Source: Kiritimatiellia bacterium | Lineage (GTDB): Bacteria > Verrucomicrobiota > Kiritimatiellia > CAIQIC01 > Lenti-01 | Assembly: GCA_017540905.1 (NCBI GenBank) | Contig: JAFYAC010000084.1 | Span: 1,216 to 65,215, forward strand | Length of the DNA stretch: 64,000 bases | Reading direction: 5' to 3' | In this document: in pieces, positions 18,504 to 27,247 of the stretch | Position numbering within the stretch: position 1 is the first letter of the stretch | How the letters are laid out: every line of letters begins with the position of its first letter | The notes under the pieces: model-generated | The model's database searches: none | What the model was told of the DNA's origin: nothing | Seen by the model: only the letters and a program-made list of their open reading frames with translations | Program-made: the position numbers and the translations under genes

Positions 18504-19843
18504 GCTGCACTCTCCTTTTCGCGCGGCAATGTCCGCAACCAGGCAACCAGTGCGAAACAAATCATCAGCAGGAACATGCTCATCCGCTGCCGCAGGACCC
18601 ATTCGAGGGAACTCTGGAGGTAATTGGCCGTCAACCCCCCAAAGAAGCCCGCGGCGATGAAATGGTATCTCGCCCCACGCAGGCGCCAGACCCCGCGCAG
18701 GCATGCCAGCCAGTGCCACCCGAACCATGCCAGCATGGCGAGAAGGGCCGGAATCCCGCATTCCGCCCCCGTCAGGAGATACACCGTTTCCACAATCCCC
18801 GTGAAAGAGCCCACGTCGGCGCCCATCTTCTCTTCAACAAGGGAGAGATACTCGTGGTCCTCCCCCAGGTTCAGGCTCCAGTTGTTGACCCCCACGCCCG
18901 CCCATGGATGCGCTTTCATCATTTCCCACGCGCAGTGGGCCAAGGCAACGCGCGTGTTCTTCGAAGCCTCCGGGGCACCCGTGAACCGTTCCACAAAATG
19001 CGGCCAGATGGCGGCAAGCCCGATCGATCCAATCACGGCAAAGGGTGCCAGCCGCTTCGCCAGGGAATGGAAACGGACCCGCCCACCGACCAGGCAGCAT
19101 CCCGTCGCGAGGCCGTAGCCGATGGGCAGCACCGCGATTGCCCCGCGCGAATACGACCACATCGTGCAGAGTCCCGTGCACGCGAAGGCCGCCACGCACA
19201 GGCGCCCCAATTTGTCCCGCAATCCCAATTGCAGGTACCCCGCGAGGAACATGGGCCCGAGCATGTTCATGGCCATTGCCATGGTGTTCCTGTGCGAGAA
19301 CACCCCCTGCGTCAGCCTGAAAGAATAGTGCTGCTGGATCACTTTGAATGCGTTTGCAATCACGAAAACCGCCAGTGCCTTGACAACCGTCTCGACCTGC
19401 CCCGTTCCGGTGAGAAACCCGTATACGGCGTGCCAGAACAAGAACAGCATCAGCAATTTCCATATTTCGAACCACCCGATGATCACGCTGTCCGCATTCC
19501 GGAAGCTCGGAAGGCAGAGAAGAAGATACAGGAAGAACAGCCGGATCCCTCCCTCCGGGAGCGGCGAATGCCATTTTCCCCGGATGGCCAGAGCGAGGAC
19601 CACCGCCAGGGCCAGCAGGTGGAGGATGCTGATTTCCATCCCCAGCGCGGTGCCGCGGTAGTACTGGTACGACACGAAACTGATGCTCGTCGATTCGTAC
19701 AGGTACAACCCCGCCAGCATTCCGCAGAACGCCCAGCCCATCCACCGCTTGTTGATCGCGAGGACCGCGGCCAGAAGCGGAACCGCCGCGAACGCTGCCC
19801 AGAAAACCGCGTATTTCACGGGAAGCCCCGCTTCAAGCCGCAA
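18500..19843 (-). CDS. O-antigen ligase/polymerase-like membrane protein (Wzy_C family)
   Basis: 447-aa polytopic ORF with a large loop containing SYSRGAIAV...H-rich region. The track start at 19843 is TTG; GTG 19819 (VKYAVFW) is an alternative. Confidence 0.65.
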   Translation of the reverse strand: MRLEAGLPVKYAVFWAAFAAVPLLAAVLAINKRWMGWAFCGMLAGLYLYESTSISFVSYQYYRGTALGMEISILHLLALAVVLALAIRGKWHSPLPEGGIRLFFLYLLLCLPSFRNADSVIIGWFEIWKLLMLFLFWHAVYGFLTGTGQVETVVKALAVFVIANAFKVIQQHYSFRLTQGVFSHRNTMAMAMNMLGPMFLAGYLQLGLRDKLGRLCVAAFACTGLCTMWSYSRGAIAVLPIGYGLATGCCLVGGRVRFHSLAKRLAPFAVIGSIGLAAIWPHFVERFTGAPEASKNTRVALAHCAWEMMKAHPWAGVGVNNWSLNLGEDHEYLSLVEEKMGADVGSFTGIVETVYLLTGAECGIPALLAMLAWFGWHWLACLRGVWRLRGARYHFIAAGFFGGLTANYLQSSLEWVLRQRMSMFLLMICFALVAWLRTLPREKESAA

Positions 19844-19942
19844 CTCCGTCCGGGCAAGCGCCGGGCCAAGGTACCGGAGAGGTGGCCGACCGCCGCCGCA
19901 CGGACCCGTTCTTTCGCCCTGCCACCCATCCCGCCGCCCATC

Positions 19943-21025
19943 CTACTCCTCCGTGAACGCAGTGACGTTCGCATGGAGCAGGTTGACCAACTGCGCCGTC
20001 GGGAACAGCTTCCGGACGAACACGTTGTACTCGCCAAGGGTGTCCTTCGGCACGTACACGATGTCGTTCGGCTTCAGGTACACGTTCTTGCACTTGCCCG
20101 TGAGGATGCCGTCCACGTCCACCTTGTACATCTTCGGGTCCACCAGACCGTCCCGGATGATGATCACGTGGCTCCAGTGGCTGTCCAGCATCCACCCGCA
20201 GTCGGTCAGCGTCTCGATCAGCCCCATCGGCGCCTGGTAGAGCCGCTTCTGCGGGTTGAGGATCTCCCCGCACACCGTCACGCTCGATTCCATGCGCTGG
20301 GCGATGAAAATGTAGTCGCCCTTGCGGATCAGCACGTTGTCCAGGGCATCGCCGTGCTCGATGGCCCGCTGGAAGTCCACCGGCAGGATTTTTCCGTCGC
20401 GGATCAGCAGCGAATGCTCCAGGTCGGCCACGTCGATGCTGATGCCGTGGAACAGCCGGACCGCCGTCCCCCCCGCCTGCGCGTAGACGTCCGACAACCG
20501 GGTCGACGCGGAAATCGGATACAGCCCGGGGGTTGCGCACGCCCCGGAAACGGTGGCCGTCTCGCTGTCCACTTGCAGGACCGTCACCCCGACGACGGGA
20601 TGCTTGATGTACATTCCCAGCCCCTTTTCGATCGCGTCCCGCGCCTCGACGATGGTCCGCCCCCCCACGCTCACCTGCCCCAGGAACAGCATCCCCACGC
20701 ACCCGTCGGGACTCACCTTCGTCCTCACGTCCAATTCATTGTGCCCGTAGACCCGGATTTCGATCTCGTCGCCCGGGTTCACCCGGTACGGCGGTTGCTC
20801 CTCGTTCCACAGCGCCTGCAGGAACTCCACCCGCTTCCGCTCCGATTCCGCGTCGCGGCCGTTCGTCTCCAGCACCGCGTTGCTCGACTCGAGGTCCCAG
20901 TTCAGGGCCTTGCTGTAGTTGGTCGTCCACCGCCCCGGATAGCATCCCGCGAGCGCCAGCGCCAGCAGGGCCGCCGCCAGCGAAGCCGGGACCGCACGGG
21001 GAAACCGCTTGCCGCACCCTACCAT
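19943..21025 (-). CDS. wza: Polysaccharide export outer-membrane lipoprotein (Wza-like; Poly_export plus SLBB domains)
   Basis: ATG 21025 within ORF 19943..23026, preceded by GGAGGAAAGCCG. Lipobox LALALAGC. YRVNPGDEIEIRVYGHNEL and repeated SLBB-like segments. Confidence 0.75.
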   Translation of the reverse strand: MVGCGKRFPRAVPASLAAALLALALAGCYPGRWTTNYSKALNWDLESSNAVLETNGRDAESERKRVEFLQALWNEEQPPYRVNPGDEIEIRVYGHNELDVRTKVSPDGCVGMLFLGQVSVGGRTIVEARDAIEKGLGMYIKHPVVGVTVLQVDSETATVSGACATPGLYPISASTRLSDVYAQAGGTAVRLFHGISIDVADLEHSLLIRDGKILPVDFQRAIEHGDALDNVLIRKGDYIFIAQRMESSVTVCGEILNPQKRLYQAPMGLIETLTDCGWMLDSHWSHVIIIRDGLVDPKMYKVDVDGILTGKCKNVYLKPNDIVYVPKDTLGEYNVFVRKLFPTAQLVNLLHANVTAFTEE

Positions 21026-23001
21026 CGGCTTTCCTCCAGTTCTTTCCGCACCACCCGGGCGCGCGCGCCGGTCACCAGCCCCATCACCGGCTTGCCCGCC
21101 GCCTTCGCCAGGCGCCGCGCGTACGTCAATTCCGACCGCCGCGTCCGGTTCGTCCCCGCCAGCAGCAGCGCCGAATCGCACAATCCCAGCAACTGCCCCG
21201 TGAAGTCCCCTCCGCGCCGCAACCCGCCGTGCACCGCCAGGAAGATGCAATCGAACTCCGACCGCAACGCCGCGATGTCCGCCGCCAGCATCTGCAGCTC
21301 CGTCGGCGCCAGCGAGTAGCGGTTCACCACGGGAAACCATCCCTTCGGACCCTTCCGCACCGTGTTCAGCATCGTCTCCGCCTCCTCCTGGGGCACGTCG
21401 CGGCTCCCCTCCCGCACCACCGTCAGCGTGAACGAACGCACCCCCGACATCGAAAGCGCCCAGTCCAGTTCCTCCTCGAACATCGGGACCGGATTCGCCC
21501 CTCCCAGCCGGCACACCAGCACCACCCCCTTCGATTCCGGCGCTTCCATGAAATGGTTGGCCACCACCCCCATCGCTTCCTTCGCCTCCTCCCGGTGGCG
21601 GCGGATCGCCCAGCGTCCCGGAATCGATCCCAGCACCCGGACGTCCCCCGCCGCCGCCAGCTCCTGCGCCCCGCGCACCCGCCCGAACAGCAATCCCGCC
21701 ACCACCACCGCCAGCGCCAGCGCCCCCGTGCACCCACCGGCCCCCGTCGCCGCGAAGACGAAGTTTTCCGTACGGTACGGACCGCGGTCCACCGCCCCCA
21801 CCGCCGGTTCGAGCTGCTGCAGCTCGCTTTGCGCGTTTTCCAGCATGTGCGCCGCGTTGCTGATCTGCTCTTCCAGCTCCTCCAGCTCGAGGTTCAGATC
21901 CCGGCGCCGGTGCGTCAGCATCATCACCTTCGGCGTCACTTCCAGCAGCACCCGCGCCCGCTCCTCGTTCCCCCTCAGGCTTTGCTCGAGGTTCTTCCGC
22001 GCCTCTTTCAGCGCCTCCAGCTTCGACGTGATGTCCAGGGCCGAAGTCTGATCCCGCTCCGCCTGCCGAATCCACTCCTCCCCGGGATCCTCCCCGCCGC
22101 ACTCCGCCACCAGTTCCAGGTACCGCTTTTCCACGGCCGCCCGGTCGTCCAGCTTCCCCTGCACCCGCGGGTTCAAGTCCGTGTAGACCTGGCGCAGCTT
22201 CGCGATTTCGTCGTCCAGTTCCTCCATCGACGCCTTCAGCTTGCGCAGCTCCGGGGCCCGCGCGATCAATTCCGCCGTCACCGAGTGTTCGTCCCCCTTC
22301 AGCGTGTCGCGCGTCTTCTCCGCCGTCTCGATTTCCACGTCCAGCATCAGCAGGTTCCGCCGCTCCTCGCCGATCAGCGTGTTCAGCGCCGTCTGCGTCT
22401 CCACCGGCGTGTCCGTCCCCGCCTGGACCTTGAGATCGGCGATTTCGCTCTCGATCCGCGTCCGTTCCGTCATCATCCTCGTCCGGCGGTCGGCGGCGTC
22501 CCCGTTCCACCGGTTCAGGTCCTTCACCCGCCACTCCCCGTATTCCGCGATCAGGATGGCCGCGTACGCGTTGACCTTCCGCACTGCCGCCTCGCTGCTT
22601 CCGCTGTGCGCCTGCAGCGTGTAGAGGTTGCTCGGCTGCCGTTCCTGGAAGATTTCCAGGCTGCCGCCCAACGTGTTCTCCTCCCCCGCCGGCAGCGGGA
22701 GTCCCTCCTTCACGCGCACCTTGAGCGACCGGCGGTCCAGCAGGCGGAACACCTGCTTGTCTCCCATCGCCGGGACTTTCGTGCCCTGGAACGGCATGTA
22801 CATCAGCCGGGTCATCGCCGTGAAGCGCCAGTCGCTCCGCGCCGACCGTCGCACCAGATACCACGACGCCCCCGCGAAAAGCCCCAGGAAAACGACCGCG
22901 AACAACCACGTCCATTTCAGCACGATGCCCAGCGACACCTTGCCGAGTGCGGCCATTTTCCGCAATCGTTCCAGTTCTTCGGCTGACAGTTCGTCGCTCA
23001 T
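21019..23001 (-). CDS. Polysaccharide co-polymerase (Wzc/GumC-like PCP) with degenerate C-terminal P-loop-like domain
   Basis: ORF 21019..23091 trimmed to ATG 23001 (MSDELSAEEL; GGAGGGTTGAGGAAC upstream). Two TM helices flank about 380 aa of coiled coil. The C-terminal domain lacks a GK[ST] Walker A (VVLVCRLGGANPVP) and a Tyr cluster. Confidence 0.65.
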   Translation of the reverse strand: MSDELSAEELERLRKMAALGKVSLGIVLKWTWLFAVVFLGLFAGASWYLVRRSARSDWRFTAMTRLMYMPFQGTKVPAMGDKQVFRLLDRRSLKVRVKEGLPLPAGEENTLGGSLEIFQERQPSNLYTLQAHSGSSEAAVRKVNAYAAILIAEYGEWRVKDLNRWNGDAADRRTRMMTERTRIESEIADLKVQAGTDTPVETQTALNTLIGEERRNLLMLDVEIETAEKTRDTLKGDEHSVTAELIARAPELRKLKASMEELDDEIAKLRQVYTDLNPRVQGKLDDRAAVEKRYLELVAECGGEDPGEEWIRQAERDQTSALDITSKLEALKEARKNLEQSLRGNEERARVLLEVTPKVMMLTHRRRDLNLELEELEEQISNAAHMLENAQSELQQLEPAVGAVDRGPYRTENFVFAATGAGGCTGALALAVVVAGLLFGRVRGAQELAAAGDVRVLGSIPGRWAIRRHREEAKEAMGVVANHFMEAPESKGVVLVCRLGGANPVPMFEEELDWALSMSGVRSFTLTVVREGSRDVPQEEAETMLNTVRKGPKGWFPVVNRYSLAPTELQMLAADIAALRSEFDCIFLAVHGGLRRGGDFTGQLLGLCDSALLLAGTNRTRRSELTYARRLAKAAGKPVMGLVTGARARVVRKELEESRW

Positions 23002-23101
23002 GTTCCTCAACCCTCCATCTTGACACGCTACCCCATAAAAATCAACGAGTTTTCGCGGTTCGCGCGCGGGCGGGAAAGATTCCTCCCCCACCCCGCCGCC
23101 G

Positions 23102-24178
23102 TCACTCCGCGGGCCGCGGGGCGATGGTTCCGCCGCCGAGGATTTCGTCGCCGCGGTAGAGGACGGCGGACTGGCCGGGGGCGGCGCCGCGCACGCCGCC
23201 GCCGGGGAAGCGGACGAGGGCGGCGTCGGCGCTCCACAAGGCGTCCACGGGCTCGCCGGTGGAGCGGATTTTGCAGGCGAGGGGGCCGTCGGGCGGGCGG
23301 TGGCCGGAGATCCACGATTCGCCCTCGAGGCGGATTCCGCGGCAGACGATGTCGTCGGCGTCGCCCACCACGACTTCGTTCCGGCAGGCGTTGGTTTCCA
23401 CGACGTAGAGCTTGCGCCCGCCGCCCACGCCCAAGCCGCGGCGCTGGCCGACGGTGTAGTTCCAGAAGCCCTGGTGCGTGCCGAGGACCTTCCCCGACGT
23501 GTCCACGATCCGGCCCGGACGCGCCTTCTGCCCCAGCAGTTCGGCGTACTCGCCGCCGTAGAAATCCTGGCTGTCGGCCCGGTCGGCCGCCTCCAGGCCG
23601 CGGCGGCGCGCCTCCGCGCGCACCGCCTCCTTGGTCATGCCGCCGAGGGGGAACATCGCCATGGCGAGCTGCGCCTGGTCGAGGCGGTAGAGGAAATAGG
23701 ACTGGTCCTTCCGGCGGTCCGCGCCGCGCAGCAGGCGCCACGCCCCGTCCGCTCCGCGATCGATCCGCGCGTAGTGGCCGGTCGCGAACTTGTCGAACTC
23801 CAGCCCCGCCTCCCGCGCCAGCCGCGGCAGCAGGCCGAACTTCATCGCGGCGTTGCAGCGCACGCACGGATTGGGGGTCCGCCCGGCCAGGTACTCGCTC
23901 CGGAAGTGGTCCAGGATCGCGCGCTCGTACGCATCGGCGCAGTCGAACACGCGGTAGCCGATTCCCAGCCGCGCGCAGAGCTCCTCCGCCCGGGCGATGT
24001 CCTCCGCCTCGCCGGGGCCGAAGCACGCGTCGCGGACCGGCCCGTCCCCGGCGGGGGCATGGCGGCCCTCCTTCCAGAGCTTCATCGTGACGCCGACGAC
24101 CTCGTGTCCCGCCTCCGCCAGCAGCGCCGCCGCCAGCGAGGAATCCACACCGCCCGACAGACCCACCGCGACCTTCAT
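23102..24178 (-). CDS. mnmA: tRNA-specific 2-thiouridylase
   Basis: ATG 24178 within ORF 23102..25189. MKVAVGLSGGVDSS (PP-loop), TPNPCVRCN, KDQSYFLY. The start overlaps the GT4 stop (ATGA). Confidence 0.9.
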   Translation of the reverse strand: MKVAVGLSGGVDSSLAAALLAEAGHEVVGVTMKLWKEGRHAPAGDGPVRDACFGPGEAEDIARAEELCARLGIGYRVFDCADAYERAILDHFRSEYLAGRTPNPCVRCNAAMKFGLLPRLAREAGLEFDKFATGHYARIDRGADGAWRLLRGADRRKDQSYFLYRLDQAQLAMAMFPLGGMTKEAVRAEARRRGLEAADRADSQDFYGGEYAELLGQKARPGRIVDTSGKVLGTHQGFWNYTVGQRRGLGVGGGRKLYVVETNACRNEVVVGDADDIVCRGIRLEGESWISGHRPPDGPLACKIRSTGEPVDALWSADAALVRFPGGGVRGAAPGQSAVLYRGDEILGGGTIAPRPAE

Positions 24179-25383
24179 TTCCGCAAACTCCCGTAAAACG
24201 CTCCGAGCTTCTCCGCCAGCGACCCCCATCCGTACTCCCGCGCCGCCGCCTGCCCCGCCGCGACGGCCGACGCCCGCCATTCCGCGTCCGTCGCGATGCG
24301 CAGCAGCGCCGCGTCCAGCCCCGCCGCGTCGCCCGGCGCGAACGGCAACGCCGCGCCCGGATGCGCTTCCAGCAACCGGCCCAATCCCCCCGCCGTGCTC
24401 GCCGCCACCGGAACCCCCGCCGCCCACGCTTCCAGCACCGCGATGCCGAAGGGTTCGTGCCGGCTCGCCAGCGCGAACGCGTCCGCAGCCCGGTATTCCG
24501 CCGCAAGCTCCGCGCTGTCCGCCGGGTACGGGCCCGCGAAGGCCAGGCGCTCCGCGGCGCCCAGGTCGCGCGCCCGCGCTTCCAGTTCCGCCTTGTAGTC
24601 CGGCTGGGTCACGGGGCCCACGAGGCACAGGTGCATGCTGGGGTTCCGCCCCAGCGCCTCCACCAGCGCCATCTGGTCCTTCTGCCGGTCGATGCGGGCG
24701 ACGCACAGGACGCGAAACGGCTTTCCATTCGACTGCAACCGACTGCAATCGACTGCACTCGATTGCCCCCCGAACCGCACGACATCGACCCCGTTCGGCA
24801 GCCACAGCACGCGCGGATGGCGCTTCTTCCAGTGCTCCGCCTCGTCTTCGCCGACGCACACGATGCCGTCGGCGCCTTCCGGCACGCGGCGCTTCCAGCG
24901 GAGCGCCGTTTCGGCGAGTTTGCCCCACGGCAGGCGGTGGCGCGTCGGGGCGCGCAGCTCCGTGGCCTCCGCCACCGGCACGTTCGCGGCGCCGCCATGG
25001 AGGGAAATCACGCTCTTCGCGCCCGTGGCTTCCGCGGTGCGGATGCAGAGCTCGGCGATGCGCCCCATCGCGTGGCAGTGGATGACGTCGGGCTTCCACC
25101 CGCGCAAGGCCTTCCCAAGGCCCGGCACGAAGGGGTTCCCGCCCTTGCGGTCCAGGGCGTCCGCCACGCGCCGCGGCATGGGCCACCACGGGTAGATGCA
25201 GGGGAAGCGGACGATTTCCAGCCCCTCCCGCTCCTCGCGCGGGACCTTGCAGAGGGCGTCCGTCGCGAAAATCCGCACTGCGTGCCCCGCCCGCGCCTGG
25301 GCTTTCGCGAGATTCCAGACGACCTGCTCCGTCCCCCCCCAGTCGGCGAACGAGATCCGCCGGAGCACGTGCGCGATCTTCAC
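24175..25383 (-). CDS. Family 4 glycosyltransferase carrying an in-frame repeat insertion
   Basis: GTG 25383 (GTGA overlap with the upstream stop) within ORF 24175..26442. VKIAHVLRRISFADWGGTEQVV..., ASRHEPFGIAVLEAWAAGVPV. The inter-domain linker reads GGQSSAVDCSRLQSNGKPF and is encoded by the 11-mer repeat at 24726..24771. Confidence 0.75.
   Translation of the reverse strand: MKIAHVLRRISFADWGGTEQVVWNLAKAQARAGHAVRIFATDALCKVPREEREGLEIVRFPCIYPWWPMPRRVADALDRKGGNPFVPGLGKALRGWKPDVIHCHAMGRIAELCIRTAEATGAKSVISLHGGAANVPVAEATELRAPTRHRLPWGKLAETALRWKRRVPEGADGIVCVGEDEAEHWKKRHPRVLWLPNGVDVVRFGGQSSAVDCSRLQSNGKPFRVLCVARIDRQKDQMALVEALGRNPSMHLCLVGPVTQPDYKAELEARARDLGAAERLAFAGPYPADSAELAAEYRAADAFALASRHEPFGIAVLEAWAAGVPVAASTAGGLGRLLEAHPGAALPFAPGDAAGLDAALLRIATDAEWRASAVAAGQAAAREYGWGSLAEKLGAFYGSLRK
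24726..24771. repeat. About 46-bp element built from about four 11-mers (TCGAYTGCAAN), located inside the GT4 CDS
   Basis: cattcgactgcaaccgactgcaatcgactgcactcgattgcccccc. A second copy of about 85% identity lies in inverted orientation in intergenic DNA at 33801..33845. Confidence 0.85.
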
Positions 25384-26153
25384 CGGTGGTATCTCCCGAA
25401 CAGCAGCCGCAGCGACAGCCACGAAAATTTGACCAGCCCGTAGGCGTAGCGCTTCCACAGCCGCCGCGGCTCCTGCCAGATGCGGTACACCCATTCCAGC
25501 CCGTTGTCCTGCATCCACTTCGGCGCCCGCTTGACCAGGCCCGCCAGGAAGTTGAAGCTCCCGCCCACCCCGATGACGACGCCCGCCTCCAGCTCCGGCA
25601 CGTACCGCCCCATCCAGAGCTCCTCCTTGGGGTTCCCCAGCGCCACGAAGAGGATGTCCGGCTTCGCCGCGTTGATTTCCGCCAGCAGCGGGCCCTGGTT
25701 CTCCTCCAGCCGCACCAAGGACGTGTTCATGCCGGCGATTTTCAGGCCGGGCGCCATCTTCAGGATGTATTCGAACGCCGCCTTGTTGGCGGATTCGGTC
25801 CCACCCAGCACGTAGACGCTCATCCCCTCCTCCGCGCACCGCTTGCAGAGGAGCGGCACCGAGTCGGACCCCGTCACGCGCTCCGGCAGCGGGTCGCGCG
25901 CCAGCCGCGACAGCCACACGATGGGCATCCCGTCGGCGACCACGAAGTCCGACCGCCGCAGGTACAGCCACAGTTCCTTGTTCCCCTTGAACGGCCACGC
26001 CGGCACGGCGTTGGACACGAAATCGACGTTCAGCGTCGCGACGAAGTGCGCCGGGCGCCGCCGCACCTTCGCCAGCTCGATGATCTTCTCGACGGCTTCC
26101 GCCTGCGTGACCTTCGCGAGGGGGATGCCGAACAGCCAGGCGACGCCGCTCAT
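25380..26153 (-). CDS. WecB/TagA/CpsF family glycosyltransferase (GT26)
   Basis: ATG 26153 within ORF 25380..27230. MSGVAWLFGIPLAKVTQAEAVEKI..., ADGMPIVWLSR, VYVLGG, ILFVALGNPKEELW. Confidence 0.8.
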   Translation of the reverse strand: MSGVAWLFGIPLAKVTQAEAVEKIIELAKVRRRPAHFVATLNVDFVSNAVPAWPFKGNKELWLYLRRSDFVVADGMPIVWLSRLARDPLPERVTGSDSVPLLCKRCAEEGMSVYVLGGTESANKAAFEYILKMAPGLKIAGMNTSLVRLEENQGPLLAEINAAKPDILFVALGNPKEELWMGRYVPELEAGVVIGVGGSFNFLAGLVKRAPKWMQDNGLEWVYRIWQEPRRLWKRYAYGLVKFSWLSLRLLFGRYHR

Positions 26154-27247
26154 CGCGCGCCTCCGAGCAGCGCCACCATCCCCTTCGCGTGGGCTTCCCA
26201 CGAAAAGGCGGCCGCGCGCGCCCGGCCCCGCTCCGCGCGGGCCTTCCGCGCCTCTTCCCCCTCGCCCAGCAAGACTTCCAGCGCCCGCGCGATGTCGGCG
26301 GGGTCTTCCGGGTCGAACGTCTCGGCGGCGTCGCCGGCAACTTCCGCGAGAGCGCCGTTGCCGGAGCACGCGCAGGGGATGCCGCGCGACATCGCCTCGG
26401 CCAGCGAAATCCCGAATCCCTCGAACAGGCTCGGGAACACATAATACCCGGTCTCCGCCCACAGCCGTTCCATCGGCTCCCCGGCGGGGACGAACCCGGT
26501 GAACCGGATGCAGTCCGCGTGCGGGCTGGCCGCCGCGGCGGCCTTGACGGCTTCGGCGTCCTTCCAGTCGGCGCCGGCGAGCACGAGCGGATGGGCCTCG
26601 GCCATCGCGCGCGGCAGCTTTCCGTACGCCTCGATGAGCCGCGCGTGGTTCTTGCCGGGGTGCTCGATGCGCGAGATGTAGAGGAGGTTCCGCGCGCCGT
26701 CGTCCCGCCGCCAGCCTGCCGGCGGCTGCGGGAAACCCTCGTGGAGCACCGCGACGTCCCCTTCGCGGCAGCCCCAGAAGCGCACCATGTCGGCCGCGGT
26801 CGCGCCGCTCACCGCGACCAGGTGCCGCGCCTTCTTCGCGAAGCGCGGCAGCACGTGCGCCAGGTACACCATCCGCGAGGGCGAATACTTGCCCGGAATC
26901 CTGAAATTCGCCAAGTCGTGCACCACGGCCACCGTCGGCAACGGGTAGCTGGCGCACACGCGCCGGTTCGCCGCGCAGATGACCATCCCGTCGAACTCCC
27001 CCCGGTGGCGCCGCAGCCAGCGCGGCAGCAGGAACAAGTGCCAGAGCATGCTGACGAGCGGCTTCGCGGTCGCCCGCGGCGCCCGCACCGACGGCAGCCC
27101 GCGGCCGACGTCGATCCGCGCCCACGGCTCGCGCAACAGCGTCAGGTCGTGCCCCTGGCGGCGCAGTTCGGCGACGAGCCCGCGCGTGTACGCGGAGATG
27201 CCGCTCTTCCCGCCGTCCCAGGGAATGCAATCGACCAGCAGCCTCAT
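26150..27247 (-). CDS. Family 4 glycosyltransferase
   Basis: ATG 27247 within ORF 26150..29392 (MRLLVDCIPWDGGKSGISAYTRGL...). FPSLFEGFGISLAEAMSRGIPC. The start overlaps the kinase stop (ATGA). Confidence 0.8.
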   Translation of the reverse strand: MRLLVDCIPWDGGKSGISAYTRGLVAELRRQGHDLTLLREPWARIDVGRGLPSVRAPRATAKPLVSMLWHLFLLPRWLRRHRGEFDGMVICAANRRVCASYPLPTVAVVHDLANFRIPGKYSPSRMVYLAHVLPRFAKKARHLVAVSGATAADMVRFWGCREGDVAVLHEGFPQPPAGWRRDDGARNLLYISRIEHPGKNHARLIEAYGKLPRAMAEAHPLVLAGADWKDAEAVKAAAAASPHADCIRFTGFVPAGEPMERLWAETGYYVFPSLFEGFGISLAEAMSRGIPCACSGNGALAEVAGDAAETFDPEDPADIARALEVLLGEGEEARKARAERGRARAAAFSWEAHAKGMVALLGGAR

